64,000 nucleotides of DNA. Origin: Macrostomum hystrix (taxonomy: Eukaryota > Animalia > Platyhelminthes). The translations under genes were made by a program, and so were the position numbers. Location: positions 25,854,001 to 25,918,000 of the forward strand of contig CATNEN010000038.1 in assembly GCA_950097015.1 (NCBI GenBank), in the 5' to 3' direction. The notes under the pieces are model-generated. The model searched no databases and was not told the origin of the DNA. It saw only the letters and a program-made list of their open reading frames with translations. How positions within the stretch are numbered: the stretch's first letter is position 1; every line of letters begins with the position of its first letter. This document shows positions 24,248 through 36,612 of the stretch, piece after piece.

Positions 24248-27200
24248 TTAATCTTCTCCGAGGAACCTCCGAGTGCGCCTCAAAACCGCTTCAATGTCTG
24301 GCTTTGCCGTAGCCGACATCGCATTGTCGTCAAAAGGGCCATCGTCTAGCAGAGCTTGACGAATTTTTCGCAACTCGTCCACAGCCTCTTCCTCGGATGG
24401 GCCGAATTCATCCAGATAGAATCTGCTCCGATCTGAACTGTTCAACCACATGGCCCATTCTGTAGCGGCTCTTGCATGTCGTTTGTACAGTGCTGGGGGC
24501 TCCGTTAGGCTTAGTGTGATCTCGCAACCCTCGCGAGTCAGTAGGCGAGCGAAACCGATTGGCGGCATGTCACGAGGCGGCGCTAACGCTGGTTCAGGCA
24601 GAGACTGCCCTGAGGGTGCTACTAATAGCTCAGCTCGAAGGCGGATGAAGTAGTCAAGTTGGACGCGATCATTGAATAGGATGCGCGCGCGACCGTTGGC
24701 GGCTACAGAAAACCGGCCAACTCCTGGGACTAAACGACAGTCCAGCGGCTGCTGCTGCTGCTGCTGCGGGAACGAAAATAACATTGTAATGAGCATTGGA
24801 TTATTATTATAAATTGTATCATTCCATTGTTGTCAGATCGCCTAACCAGTGGCAGTAACAATAGATTTTAATCAAGTACAAATACATTATATTACGTTAA
24901 TTATTGTAATAATACTAGTTAATAATAACTGCACGAGGACTGCGAGCCAAGGCAAATCATTTGGTGACACTATGTATGCAGCTAGCGAGGAGGCAATTCT
25001 GCCCATTTCGCTGACTCCTGAGCACACACACACACACAGAGATACTGTACGCAGGCATACGCTCACACAGGTGTGTACATCTGCCCTGACTTTCACTGTG
25101 CCTTCTCTCCGCGGCTGCGCCCCAAATAAATGTGGCCTCGCCGTGGAATCGAACTTAGGGACCTTGGTGCGAGAGGCAAACGCGATAACCGCTCCGCCAC
25201 CGACCCTCTTAAAGTATTTAATAACTGTATAAATACAAGTACATAACCGTGGCAGCTTACCTTTAAATCCGGTTGTTCGACACATTCGTCTCTCCAACAG
25301 CAAGGAGCTGTTGAGTACAAATCGGTGGCGGACTCAATTTCCATCGCCAGTAGTGAGCAAAGTGCGCCAGCTCGTTCAATCGTTTTCAAAACCAATCGCT
25401 GACGCTCATCGACGCCAGTGGTGCAACATGCGTAATCAGCGGCGCGACTACATTTGTGAGAGCCATCAGCTGCGACAAATTCAAAGTACGAGCCGCGGAG
25501 GTCTCGAGAAATTAGCGTCACTTCGTCACCTGGCTGAGCGATCACTTTTGGCTGATGGCTTTGTCTGACCAGCCTGTGAAGCGAGTAAAACTATAATAGT
25601 ATTTAGACTCATTAAACTGTGAATCATCTGAAGATATGACTATATATATATTTGCTATAAAATCATTTATTAGAAGCAATTGAGTCCATAGAGAAGCGCT
25701 TGAGTCGTTAGAGAAGCGTTTGAGTTTTTTAGAATCATTAAACTTTTCCTGTAGAAGTGTTAAAGTTGTTAGAGAGGCATTCGTCTTGTATTGACGCCTC
25801 ACGAAACTATTTAAACGAAATCTGGCTGGGTCACCTGTAAACCACACCGTCGCAACAGACAATGCGAACGCGTCTTAATTGCGGTGCCGCTGAGGCCATC
25901 CAGTGCAGACCAGGTGGAGGAGTTGGCGCCGCAGTGGAGCCCTCGCCAGTGCCAAACCGATGCAAATGAGGGTGACGACAACGACTAGGAATAGCTTGAG
26001 GAGCTGGAGTTGCCACAGTCAATAGTGGCTTTTGCTGTTCACTCTTTTGACAGCTGTAGCAGAAAGATGTCATTTATTAGGAATGAAACTAACTATAAGT
26101 ATGTACGTGTAAAGAGTTACAAAACATTAAAGAGGTTAAATAAATACCACTCAATCTTACTTAGCAGCAGCAGACGCATTTTGTTCACCCAGCGAAACAA
26201 GATGGCCTAACTTTGCTGGCGTGGCAGTCGAGTTAAATGGCTGGCCGAGAGCCAATTTAACTGGGACCTTGAAATGGTGGCAGCGGTGGGATAAGAGTGG
26301 GGCTACTCAAACTAGGGTAGCGTTGTTGCGATTGTAAGACAAAGAGCAAACTAAGCAGCTCGTCTTTAGATTTTTTTGCGTTTACATTAATAATTATATT
26401 TGATTACACCTGCCCCAATGTGGCCAGATGTGCAGCCGACAGCACAGCCGCAGCTATTGCGCGGCGCATCTGAAGGCTGCGTACGGCTGTTCAGTCCATG
26501 GACTGGGAGGACGCCACACCCACCTTCAATTATCCCAGCTAATGCTGGTACCCATTTAACAGCTGGGTGAACTGAAGCAATGCAGAGTTAAGTGTCTTGC
26601 TAAGGGACACAAATTGTTTCAGTGGTGTCGGGAATCGAACCCCCGACCTTCAAGTCGTGAGTCCGACGCCCTAACCACTAGGCTACAACCTCTCCTATGC
26701 GTTTAAAAAACGGCAATAGAACACATAAATAATTACCTGCCAGCAATCTGGAAGATCTTCTTGCGCCATCAACGATACTTTTAATTGCGTTTTACTAAAT
26801 CTTTCGCCACCACTGTCGCCACTAGAAAGTCGGGCTGTATACTCGGCGCATATTTCCTGTCCGCTGGCTGACACAGTCAAGCAGGCCCGACCATCGATTG
26901 AGGCGAATCTGATCAAAATACCCACATATAATTATGCGAGAGTATAGTTGTCCCGTACGTTTTAGTTATGAAATTAAATCGCTTAAAAATATATGGCACA
27001 TTTGTAACTCCCATGTTGATGCCAAAATAATAATAATTTCACGAGGCCTAGGACCTTAAAATGGTAGCAGGGGTGGGATAACAGTGCAAGGATGAAAGTT
27101 AAATCGCGATTTCCGAATATCTATCCTGACTTTTCTCATTTTCTGGCAGTTTACGCTCTCACTGTACCTTGGGGGTTGGCCCTCATGGCGTTGTCTACGC

Positions 27201-27877
27201 GGCTGCGCCTCAAATAAATGTGACCATGCTGCGGATTCGAGCTCATGGACCTCGGTACGAGAGGCAATCGCTGGTCGCAATAAAACTGCTTATGCACTTA
27301 CAAGCAACTAACCTAGTAGGCACGCCAAGATGCCAACTGCTTCCATCAGCAGGCCAATAGAAAAATCCCTCAGAGTCGACTGCACTAGTAGAGCAGCTGT
27401 TGTAATCCTTATCCCACTCCTCGCCCTGCCGCATTAGCTGAGTCAGTAGGCATGGTCGAGCTGCAAACAGATTACGGAATCTTAGCGCCTCGCCCACCTG
27501 TCGACGAAATCGACTTGTTGCGAATTCAGTCTTCTGTTGTACAGTGCGGTGACCTCCACTGCCTACAGTAGGTGCATAAATTTCAACGAACCGTAATCGT
27601 ATCGATGCTTTTGTACTACTGACTTTATCTAGTAGTATGTTGAATTCGATGGGAAAATTTAGTTTAGATCAAATTTACCAGCAGAGGAAACTTCTTTTGG
27701 CGACAGTTCAAACTGAAATACAGTGCCGCATGGTGACAGCTCAAGCCTTGACTCATCGCTGTACTCAACTAGTACAGCATCATTTAAATAAACAACAAAT
27801 AGGACAGGAACAGCTGATTCGAGATCGGGTGAAAGATGTAAGCACTGCTCACTGGTTTTTGCTGTTTTTGCGGATGC
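24248..27877 (-). CDS. C5orf34: C5orf34-like (DUF4524/DUF4520) protein, 5' exon not identified; complement(join(24248..24763,25261..25573,25835..26053,26161..26267,26737..26908,27313..27562,27679..27877))
   Basis: VYLNDAVLVEYSDESRLELSPCGTVF and VQQKTEFATSRFRRQVGEALRFRN match my recollection of the C5orf34 N-terminus, and GRFSVAANGRARILFNDR matches the C-terminal domain. All six introns are GT-AG and phase-consistent. Confidence 0.82.
24922..25206 (-). mobile_element. tRNA-derived SINE family B copy (internal deletion)
   Basis: Matches the head and 3' end of 53471-53818. Confidence 0.85.
26401..26695 (-). mobile_element. Full-length tRNA-derived CORE-SINE (family A)
   Basis: Minus strand shows box A TAGCCTAGTGG and box B GGTTCGATTCC, then TGTGTCCCTTAGCAAGACACTTAACTCTGCATTGCTTCAGTTCACCCAGCTGTTAAATGGG, which resembles the MIR CORE domain. 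Confidence 0.88.
27160..27280 (-). mobile_element. SINE family B head fragment
   Basis: GCGGCTGCGCCTCAAATAAATGTGACC..GATTCGAGCTCA is shared with the other family B copies. Confidence 0.65.
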
Positions 27878-27977
27878 CTGAAAAGTGTGATGCAATAGAA
27901 TACTTATTTTACTAATGTCTGCTTAAACAAGTAGCTTGATAAAATACACATCTAAGTGACTTATATATTTTGTTTAT

Positions 27978-28090
27978 TTGATTACACCTGCCCTCTCGCT
28001 AGTTAAACTAAAGCAATGCAGAGTTAAGTGTCTTGCTGAAGGACACAAATTGATCCAGCGGAGTAGGGAATCGAACCCCTGAACTTCAAT
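27978..28090 (-). mobile_element. CORE-SINE family A, internally deleted copy
   Basis: TGATTACACCTGCCC is joined directly to GCAATGCAGAGTTAAGTGTCTTGCT..GGGAATCGAACCCC. Confidence 0.8.
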
Positions 28091-28597
28091 TTAAAGAACT
28101 TGTAATTTAAAGAGATTGTTTAAAGCATGTTTATTGTAGTTGTCAACTCTTTTGACTGGCTGTAATGTTGTCTGGCCATTGTTAAATTGTGGTATTTTGA
28201 TATGTGATATAACCAAATGTTAGCACATGTGATATTCTGTCTTCAGAAGGCCAAGGCACAATTTGCACATAGTTATCACAAACTGCTAACTTGAGATTGC
28301 TATAGCAAAAGTACTTTTCATATTGACACATAGGGCAATTTATTATTGGGCCAACAAAGCTTTGACAATGAAAGAATTGTTAAAATTAGCTGTAGGCCCT
28401 AGCTTATAAATAAACTATTGTTAGGCCTAATAGTAGAAATGTTTAAAGCATTAACTTTCTTTATTTAAAAAATCTAAGAAACTAGCAAATTTATTGGGGC
28501 CAAGTAGAACTGAATGGTTTAAGGAATTTAGACATATAATGCCATTTTAATATTGAACTTATTCATATTATCTTATTTCTCTGAATATTTGTAGCTA

Positions 28598-29242
28598 GGG
28601 TAATGTATCATCAACCAAACAAGAATGTGTATTTTTTTACTTCAAACCTAAGCTACAGATTTTCTATTTAAGATATCATGATGAATCAAAAGCCAAGTTA
28701 TAGAAAACAGTTACATCTTTCTAAAAAGTATCTGCTTTTGCTATTTTATAAAATAGAAAAAAATTTATTCTTGCTTTTTATCTAAAACCGAACAATGATT
28801 TTCATGTATCTTCAAACCAAATGTCAGAGAATTTGATGTTTGGTTTTACAATTCGAGTGAGTGGTTTAATCTTATTTTAAGGAGTGAACTATCATGAATT
28901 ATGTAATTTGAAAGCATTTTTCATGCTCTATAAATAACTACATTTATGGTCATTTAATTGGCAAGCAACCACATACAATCTTCGTCTAAAGTACATACTG
29001 GAAAAATGTTGTTAAAAAGTATGCTTTTGCAATAAAAATTTCTACTGAAACATCAATATATTTCTTTCCTCTTAATGTTTGATTGCACATCATGCCTCAG
29101 CTTGTAGATAATTTCTTCAACTTTCAAATTAGTTGTTCTGTGAAACACAATAGCTTGTTTCTGTCTTGCACGAGACCAAGGAAGAGGTAAAAATTCTTGT
29201 TTGGTTTTGAAGATACACTGTTCGGTTGATGATACATTACCC
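28598..29242. mobile_element. AT-rich MITE with 19-bp TIRs and TA flanks
   Basis: TA|GGGTAATGTATCATCAACC ... GGTTGATGATACATTACCC|TA, with additional subterminal AAACAAGAAT/ATTCTTGTTT inverted matches. Confidence 0.75.
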
Positions 29243-31095
29243 TATTTAAATTTTGCCAAAGGTTTTGAAGATCAATAGAGTGTTGAAGTGTTAAGTTGGT
29301 TAGAAAGAAAGATAGAGTTATAAGCCATATTACATGCCATTTCAGAATCTTAGATCCTAGAGGCCTATTCAGTGACTGACTCACAGGGCATTTGAGATAA
29401 GTCTAGTCTATAATTATATATAATAGACCAGAGCCAAAATTTATGATGGCAGCTATAGCTAGTTAAACTCTGTTGACAACAAATAAATACAATATTGGAT
29501 ACCAGTCTCAGTTTCTTAACTTACTAAGCTATAGAAATATACATTTTTGGGCATCCTCAACTTAAATTGTATAAAAAATTGTGGGTTTTCAAGTTCACAT
29601 GAAATTCGAAACTTCACTTCAAATATATATTTTGTGTTGTTGACCAATACAAATAACTTAAAAATAATGTATACGCAATGATGTCTAATTCACATATTTA
29701 TTAACATACAAAAAAGTACTTAAATATGTTAGACCCACCCTATAATAAAAAGGATTAATTTTTCTTCAATAGCCCCTTGGTCCTCATGGCTTAATTGAAG
29801 CTTAAACTTATTTATTTATTATTCACATAGGCCTAGTTGTACCTAACCTAAAACCCCTAACCCTAAAACACCCAACCAAAAATTAGCTTCTAAAATACCA
29901 TATTACCAATCATGTCTTTGAACCACTAAGTGTGGTCATCCTGTGACTCTGATAGAGAAGCATTTGATAGAAATTGGTTGTAGATAGAACAAAATGGTTT
30001 TCTTTTTTTCAAATCAACATCCCAAAAAACCATTCAGGACATTAATTTATTAACTTTCTAAAACTGGAACTATTTATTAGGATTAAAGTTCAAGGAGCCT
30101 GCAATTTTTAGTAATTTCCACTGCTTTATGTCATTTGGCATACACATTATGGCAGGTCAGGTGGAGTGTAGGCCTAATCCACAGAATTCTAGCAAACAAT
30201 GGTACCAACTAGCTAATCTTGTAATTTGCATTCATATACTGACAAACAGTTTGAAATTTTGGTGTTTAACTCAGATATACATCAGGGGACACAATCAAAA
30301 ATCTAGCTTTAAATGAAACTAATTATCACACCTTAAATATTTTGTTTCTTTGTTGATTTCAATCTAACACATATACACATTGAAATCAGATGTAATGTAA
30401 TAAAAATTTGCTAGGGTTGCTAGCCAGAGTTTTGTAGTGCACGCCTTTAGAATGTAGAGTTTTATTTCTTTTATTTCTGAAAGCAACAAGGCTGCAATGA
30501 ACTAGTCACGGTCACAACTGAAATTTACCCACTACACGACACTAAACTAGTAACTACAAGTCCGCCATGCCCATGTACTTCAGTCAAGTCACATTACAGT
30601 TCGCCGTGACAAAATCCCTAGAATTCCCCGTTATATCTATAGATACAGCAATACGAGAAACAACTCAGTAAACAAAATATATGGAACGCAACTAGATCAC
30701 ATTAATTTTTTGTGTCACCCGGACGACTGCCTGATCATGTGAGTGTATTTTAAAAAAGAGTGCAATGTATTTTCTTCGAAAAAGACAAAGGAGCAAAATA
30801 AAACTAACCCAGTGTCAGTAAAAAATAAGATACGCAACAGCAAACAAGCTCAGTGCATTTTCTGACTGTTTTTTATTTTGTGTATAAACTGGCTAGACAT
30901 GCTAGATGATTTACCGTGTTAATAAGGTTTTTATAACTGCATGAGTAAATAGCATTTTTCCAATAAAATTGCATTTTTGCTATTTTTTTTTTTCGCGATG
31001 TGTATCAGCTAGCAAAAAAAAAATAAATTGATAATGCTGACTGCATAATAAATTAACGAACAGTTCTTTGTTTCTAAAGTCCAATAAGTCTATAT

Positions 31096-31374
31096 GTTGT
31101 AGCCTATTGTGGTTAGGGCGTCGGACTCACGACTTGAAGATCGGGGGTTCGATTCCCGAACAATTTGTGTCCTTTAGCAAGACACTTAACTCTGAATTGC
31201 TTCAGTTCATCCAGCTTTTAAATGGGTACCAGCATCAGCTGGGATAATTGAATTAAGGTGGGTGTGGCGTCCCCCCAGTCCGTGGACTGAACAGCTGTAC
31301 GCAGCCTTCAGATGCGCCGCGCTGCGGCTGTGCTGTCGGTTGCACATCTGACCCAATTGGGGCAGGTGTAATCA
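31096..31374 (+). mobile_element. Near full-length CORE-SINE family A copy
   Basis: Reverse complement of 26401-26695 at high identity. Confidence 0.88.
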
Positions 31375-32037
31375 ATTATTAAATTACAACTATTATTTTA
31401 TAAGTCCAATTAATTAAACGACACCTCTGCAGCTGCAATGCGGACAACAATAAAATCACTGTTCCAATACCCTCGTAAGCAACGTTGCAATCCTTCAAAA
31501 ACTGGCCAATCAAATTTTATCTTCTGTTTTATGACAGATCATCCCAAAGAAACTATATAACAAACAGGGCATAAACGAGTGATCTCTTAGCTGTTTTGCC
31601 TATATAATTTCATGCGTGACAATGCGATCCCTGCTTAATACTTTTATATTTTAAATGCAAAATGTATAAATTTTTTTAATACTTTTTTGGTTGTTTTTGC
31701 TTTGCACAAATGCGATTCATTAATTAACATGAAATAAAAAAGTGGAACCTCATTAAAATTTGGGGGTTTCCTGGCCCTCCACTTTTCTAATCGTTTCTAC
31801 GCCTATATATTTCCAAGTGCTTTTACATGTTGCTTTTAGTCTGTGAAATGTGATGTAACAGCGTCTTTAGGGGTAAATTAATTTATTGATTAGATTTTCT
31901 CCACCCCGCTCCGGTCATAAACCATATTTTGGGGGATTTTTCGATATCTTAAGTTTCATTAACCTCCCTTCCGTCCACATTTCGCACAAAATAAGAAATC
32001 AATCTCGCTTTTCACTTCCAATCACTTTTTTTTCTCA

Positions 32038-32639
32038 TGTCATCAACACTGTTGCGTAATCGCGAACCCACCTGATTCCAAAGCACCCACTCCTCTCTCG
32101 TCTCAACCAATCATAAACACGGCCATCCGAACCACGCTATCCGGCTGTGTGGTAAATACGTCAGAGGTCGTGTCGATTATGCAACCATGACATGCGCGCA
32201 TGACTCTGGCTCTATATAAGCAAGTTGGTGCGGCGCTCGTTCTCGAGACGTCCTCGTTCATCTTTGGAGATCCTTTGTACTTTGTACTTTGGTCAACCTC
32301 GGTCATCCGTGTATGTCGTCGCCCCTCCTTGTACGTCCGTGTACATCCTTTTGCACCAATGTCTTGATTATACCTTGTTCAACCTTGGACCGTCCAGCCC
32401 CCTTCGACGTGGCCGTCACTGAGTTTCACCTCTCGGCCGATTCCTTCATCGCTAGACTTCGCCACAGTCATCGTCGGCACCTCGGCTTCCCTCAGTTTAA
32501 GGCATCCTAGCATCGACCGTCCGACACTCAGAGGCACGCGCCACTCCGTTGCTAGACAGTCGACTCAAGGGGTTAGGTGAGGGCGCTCTAACCCGTGCCT
32601 TTGTTCCCAAAGTATTAGGATAATCTTTGTCTAACGACA
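32038..32639 (+). mobile_element. Possible solo LTR
   Basis: GC-richer ~600-bp island starting TGTCAT and ending ACGACA, with TATATAA at ~32213. Flanks TCTCA/GGTCA match only partly, so there is no clean TSD. Confidence 0.3.
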
Positions 32640-33849
32640 GGTCATCTAGCACCCTACCTTCCTCCACCTCGTCTTTTAACGCTGTCCTATTCATTTATGA
32701 TATTATTGCAAGCCGGATAAGCGAAAATTGGGATTTTTCGCACGCTAAGGTCGAAGCGACTTTAATTTTACACTCATATAACTATGAGTTGTTTGATAGC
32801 TGCTCAAAAAAACAGTTATCGTGTCGAAATGAATTTATAAACATGCCCACGGATAAATGGGAATAAAGCTAAATATAATCAGACAAGCATTTCCATGCAT
32901 CTAACCACTGATCCGTTTGCAATCTTCAGAATATCCAAAGCACCTAAATTCCAGAATTGCATGCAATTCTCATATGTGTGGATGGATCGAAGAATCTACG
33001 AGTATTTAGAACTCAAATTCACTGACGATCGAGTGCATTCTAATGAATATTTAAAAAAACTCATAGGCTAGAGAAACGATTGCATGTTGCCAGCAATCTA
33101 TCGGCTTCAATACGAATGCAATTTGACTCCTATTTTAATAAATCTGACAGACTGCATGATGAAGTACTGATGCACTTATCATCACGGCACATAGAATTCA
33201 CTATTGGTGTGTTGGCCAAAAATGTGTTTTTCTCTGACAAAAAGGTATAAGAACCGTACTGTAGCTATAGTGTAAAGGGATACCTGGGATTTTACACAGC
33301 CTGCTGGGATACAAAGGCTGTTCCGTCTACCGTCCATTTAATCCCAATTATTTCAGGAAGCATATAGCAATCCGGATGTTTGCGAGTCGAGGTCATTTCA
33401 CAGAGATTATCGATCGACCCGCTAGTATTAGTAATCTCTCTTTTAACTGAAAACATATTCCCCATGTATTCCAAAAAATCCAACTTTTTGGCAAATATCT
33501 ATTCTTATATCACATTTTACCGATATATATTTAACTAGCTGTTAGCTCAGATGCAAGTCAGAATGACTTCAAAATTTAATTTTAATTTAATTTTAACTGC
33601 AATACCGTTCTGCAATTCTGAACGGATAAAAATATTCGTTCGTTCAAAGCAACACGAAACAGAAACTTTTCACAATATTGTCAAAGCGCTTTGTCTAATG
33701 TCTTCTATAATACCAACAACTGATGCTAGCGGAGCACTTAGAAACGAGAATCTCAAGAACTGACAACGCGAAGGATTATTGTCCTATGCATGATTTAGAA
33801 TTTTGATTTGTGACTAACATGGCATGTACAAATATGGCTAATTATCTCT

Positions 33850-35226
33850 TCAATCGCCCCTGGTAAGAATCCAAATCGAGGCTGCTAGATTGAGTACAAA
33901 GTACACAATGAGAAATGTCCTGTCCAGAATGATGCCGAGAAAGCGCCACTTATTCTCGTCCTGACCGGCGTGACTCTCGGGATCCGTGACCGCCAGCGGC
34001 ACCTCCGCGTCCTCGCGACGCGTCACTGGATTCTGGCCAGCCTTGCGCGGCTTCATCGCGAACGAGATGATCTTCACGGCCGATTCTTTGTGATGGGTCA
34101 AAGGAAGACCAACATACTTACCTTGCTTCAAGACATTCACCAGGCAAGCTGGCATGCAGAACTCCTTGCCCTTCAGTGCTACATTGTAGCTGATGACTGT
34201 CTTTATATTGGCAAGGCTAACCAGGCCTATCGCAATGCAAAAGTACACACCAAGAACAGGCACGGCGTCGCCGGAGCGCGGAATATTGTCCGACACCATC
34301 AACAGGAACACCATCAGGGACAGCAGGATAGTGGTCACGTAGGCCATCTTTTCACCGCACTCCGTTGGCATGAGAAACACGAACAAAGTGAGCCACGTGA
34401 GCAGCATGCAGGGGAACAGCATGTATGTCTGCTGGAACATGTACTTGCGCTTCAGTCGAAGCTGGAATGCAACCTCGCTGTACTGGCGCGAGCGACCGCC
34501 GGCTTCGTCCAGACCGATCTTGCGTTCGGCGATCCGATTAAAGGACGGAAAGCCTTCCACCTGCCACTCGCCGTTGCTGGCGCTTGAAAAGGTGTGATCA
34601 CCTCCAGCATCAGCGGCCTCGTCCTTCTTCGTCAGCAGGAAGTTGCTGACGTCTTTAGTCCAAGAGCTGAATGTGATGTTGCAGCGCTGCCTGTCGTAGG
34701 GGAACTGAGCAACGTCGATGCGGCAAAACGACTTGAAGACGGCCTGGGCTCCAAGCTGGATGGACCCGTCGCTGAAAATTCTCGCCTTGGACTCTCCGTA
34801 TATGAACATGCCCTCTTCGAAGTTGCCATGCAACGACTCGTAGAAGATGAGATCCGGATACCAGATCTCCTCTGCTTTGATAACAAAGTTGTCGATGTTG
34901 TTAAACTTTTCAGGATCCCAGCTTAGTCGGCAGTCTTTCCAAGTTGATTCGACCCAAACGTCGACTGTGAGCATTTGAGTTGGCTCATCCAAGTCGAACA
35001 GCTGAATCAGCACCATGTCCTGCTGCACCCTCAGTTGCTGTCCGAGCTCACAGATCGGCATTGCGTTGGCCATATAGGGCGTAGTCTCATTTGCGAATAG
35101 GTAGTTCAACAGGTCGTCATAGATTGTCTTCTTCGGGCCCAGTTGAGCTGTGGCTACTACTTCAGTCGATAACAGAGTCAGGCTTGATGACAAAACAAGT
35201 AGCAGACTAGGCAGCAAGCGAGACAT
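33850..35226 (-). CDS. Intronless Cys-loop ligand-gated ion channel, nAChR-like non-alpha subunit
   Basis: Signal peptide, WKDCRLSWDP, IWYPD, Cys-loop CRIDVAQFPYDRQRC, four TM segments, and GEK before M2 (cation type). No vicinal Cys in loop C. Confidence 0.95.
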   Translation of the reverse strand: MSRLLPSLLLVLSSSLTLLSTEVVATAQLGPKKTIYDDLLNYLFANETTPYMANAMPICELGQQLRVQQDMVLIQLFDLDEPTQMLTVDVWVESTWKDCRLSWDPEKFNNIDNFVIKAEEIWYPDLIFYESLHGNFEEGMFIYGESKARIFSDGSIQLGAQAVFKSFCRIDVAQFPYDRQRCNITFSSWTKDVSNFLLTKKDEAADAGGDHTFSSASNGEWQVEGFPSFNRIAERKIGLDEAGGRSRQYSEVAFQLRLKRKYMFQQTYMLFPCMLLTWLTLFVFLMPTECGEKMAYVTTILLSLMVFLLMVSDNIPRSGDAVPVLGVYFCIAIGLVSLANIKTVISYNVALKGKEFCMPACLVNVLKQGKYVGLPLTHHKESAVKIISFAMKPRKAGQNPVTRREDAEVPLAVTDPESHAGQDENKWRFLGIILDRTFLIVYFVLNLAASIWILTRGD

Positions 35227-36048
35227 TTCGGTTTCGCTAGTTCAGTGACCTCAGAAGGCAAAACTGTCTCTCTGGCGACCTTTAGGAGCGAATAGTTTGA
35301 AGTGGCTGCCGAGTGCTTTGCGAGTTCGCACTTCATGGCCTTAGAGCTCCAGCATATATTTGGATGGAGAAAGACACTTCTCTATGTGCCAGTCGGGGGT
35401 AGAATCGGAGGTACAGTCCGAGCCGGCATTGTTTGAGTCGTCATCCAGCCGTGTAGAATGTACGTAGATTGCTTTGTTCACCCCTGTCTGACGTTTTTGC
35501 ACAACTGACGAAGAGGCAGAGAATTCGGCAGATGCCACTTCAAACCGGAATAACCTGCGCTGGCTTCTTCATTTCAACAAAAAAACCATTGAAACATATG
35601 ACAAGGCAAAGAAAAAAACACTCACTGAAAGCTAAATTTGAATAAGGCTCGCAAAATATGTGTTTTTGTTTGAAGACCAAGAGAGACGAAAAGGCATGGT
35701 ACAGTATTTCTTGCGTTGCTGTCTAAATACAGAAATCATTCGTTAATTCTTTGCTCGTACCCGGCACAAAAGATCTTGCAATTTGGCACGCCTCACTCTA
35801 ATTTGATGCAATTCTTTAACTTCCGTATTTTTGACCTAGTTCTTTTCTTGGAATATATTCTGTTGAAGCTCAAATACTTAAGTGCTTAGTTGACTACCGC
35901 ACTCTTTAAGGGGGCACAGAATTTAGGGTTGGTAAAGCCACCGCTAAAAAGCGGGCCACTGCACGGCTCCTGAATCCCGTCCCAATGTCAAAAATCCCCC
36001 CTGAAAAATCTTTCTCGCATTTTTTATCTCTTGTGTATTATATTTTTC

Positions 36049-36612
36049 TTGTCTCATCTCTCCCATGTCTCATCTCTCTTGTGTCACATCTCTCCTGTGT
36101 CTCATCTCTCCTGTGTCGCATCTCTCCTGTGTCTCATCTCTCCTGTGTCTCATCTCTCCTGTGTCTCATCTCTCCTGTGTCGCATCTCTCCTGTGTCTCA
36201 TCTCTCCTGTGTCTCATCTCTCCTGTGTCACATCTCTCCTGTGTCTCATCTCTCCTGTGTCTCATCTCTCCTGTGTCACATCTCTCCTGTGTCTCATCTC
36301 TCCTGTGTCTCATCTCTCCTGTGTCTCATCTCTCCTGTGTCTCATCTCTCCTGTGTCACATCTCCCCTGTGTCTTATCTCTCATGTGTTACATCTCTCAT
36401 GTGCCTCATCTCTCCTGTGTCTCATCTCACCGGTGTTTCATCTCTCCCGTGTCTCATCTCGCATGTGTCTCATCTCTCATGTGCCTCATCTCTCCCGTGT
36501 CTCATCTCTCCCGTGTCTCATCTCTCATGTGTCTCATCTCTCATGTGCCTCATCTCTCCTGTGTCACATCTCTCCCGTGTCTCATCTCTCATGTGTCTCA
36601 TCTCTCCCGTAT
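36049..36612. repeat. 17-bp tandem array (TGTCTCATCTCTCCTG-type)
   Basis: About 33 copies, more diverged in the right half. Confidence 0.97.

Noticed and set aside
26615-26695. tRNA genes at SINE heads (also 31096 and 53471)
   Set aside because: They continue into repeated SINE bodies and have imperfect cloverleaf stems.
29842-29870. Telomere-like CCCTAA motifs
   Set aside because: Only two or three degenerate units, too short to interpret.
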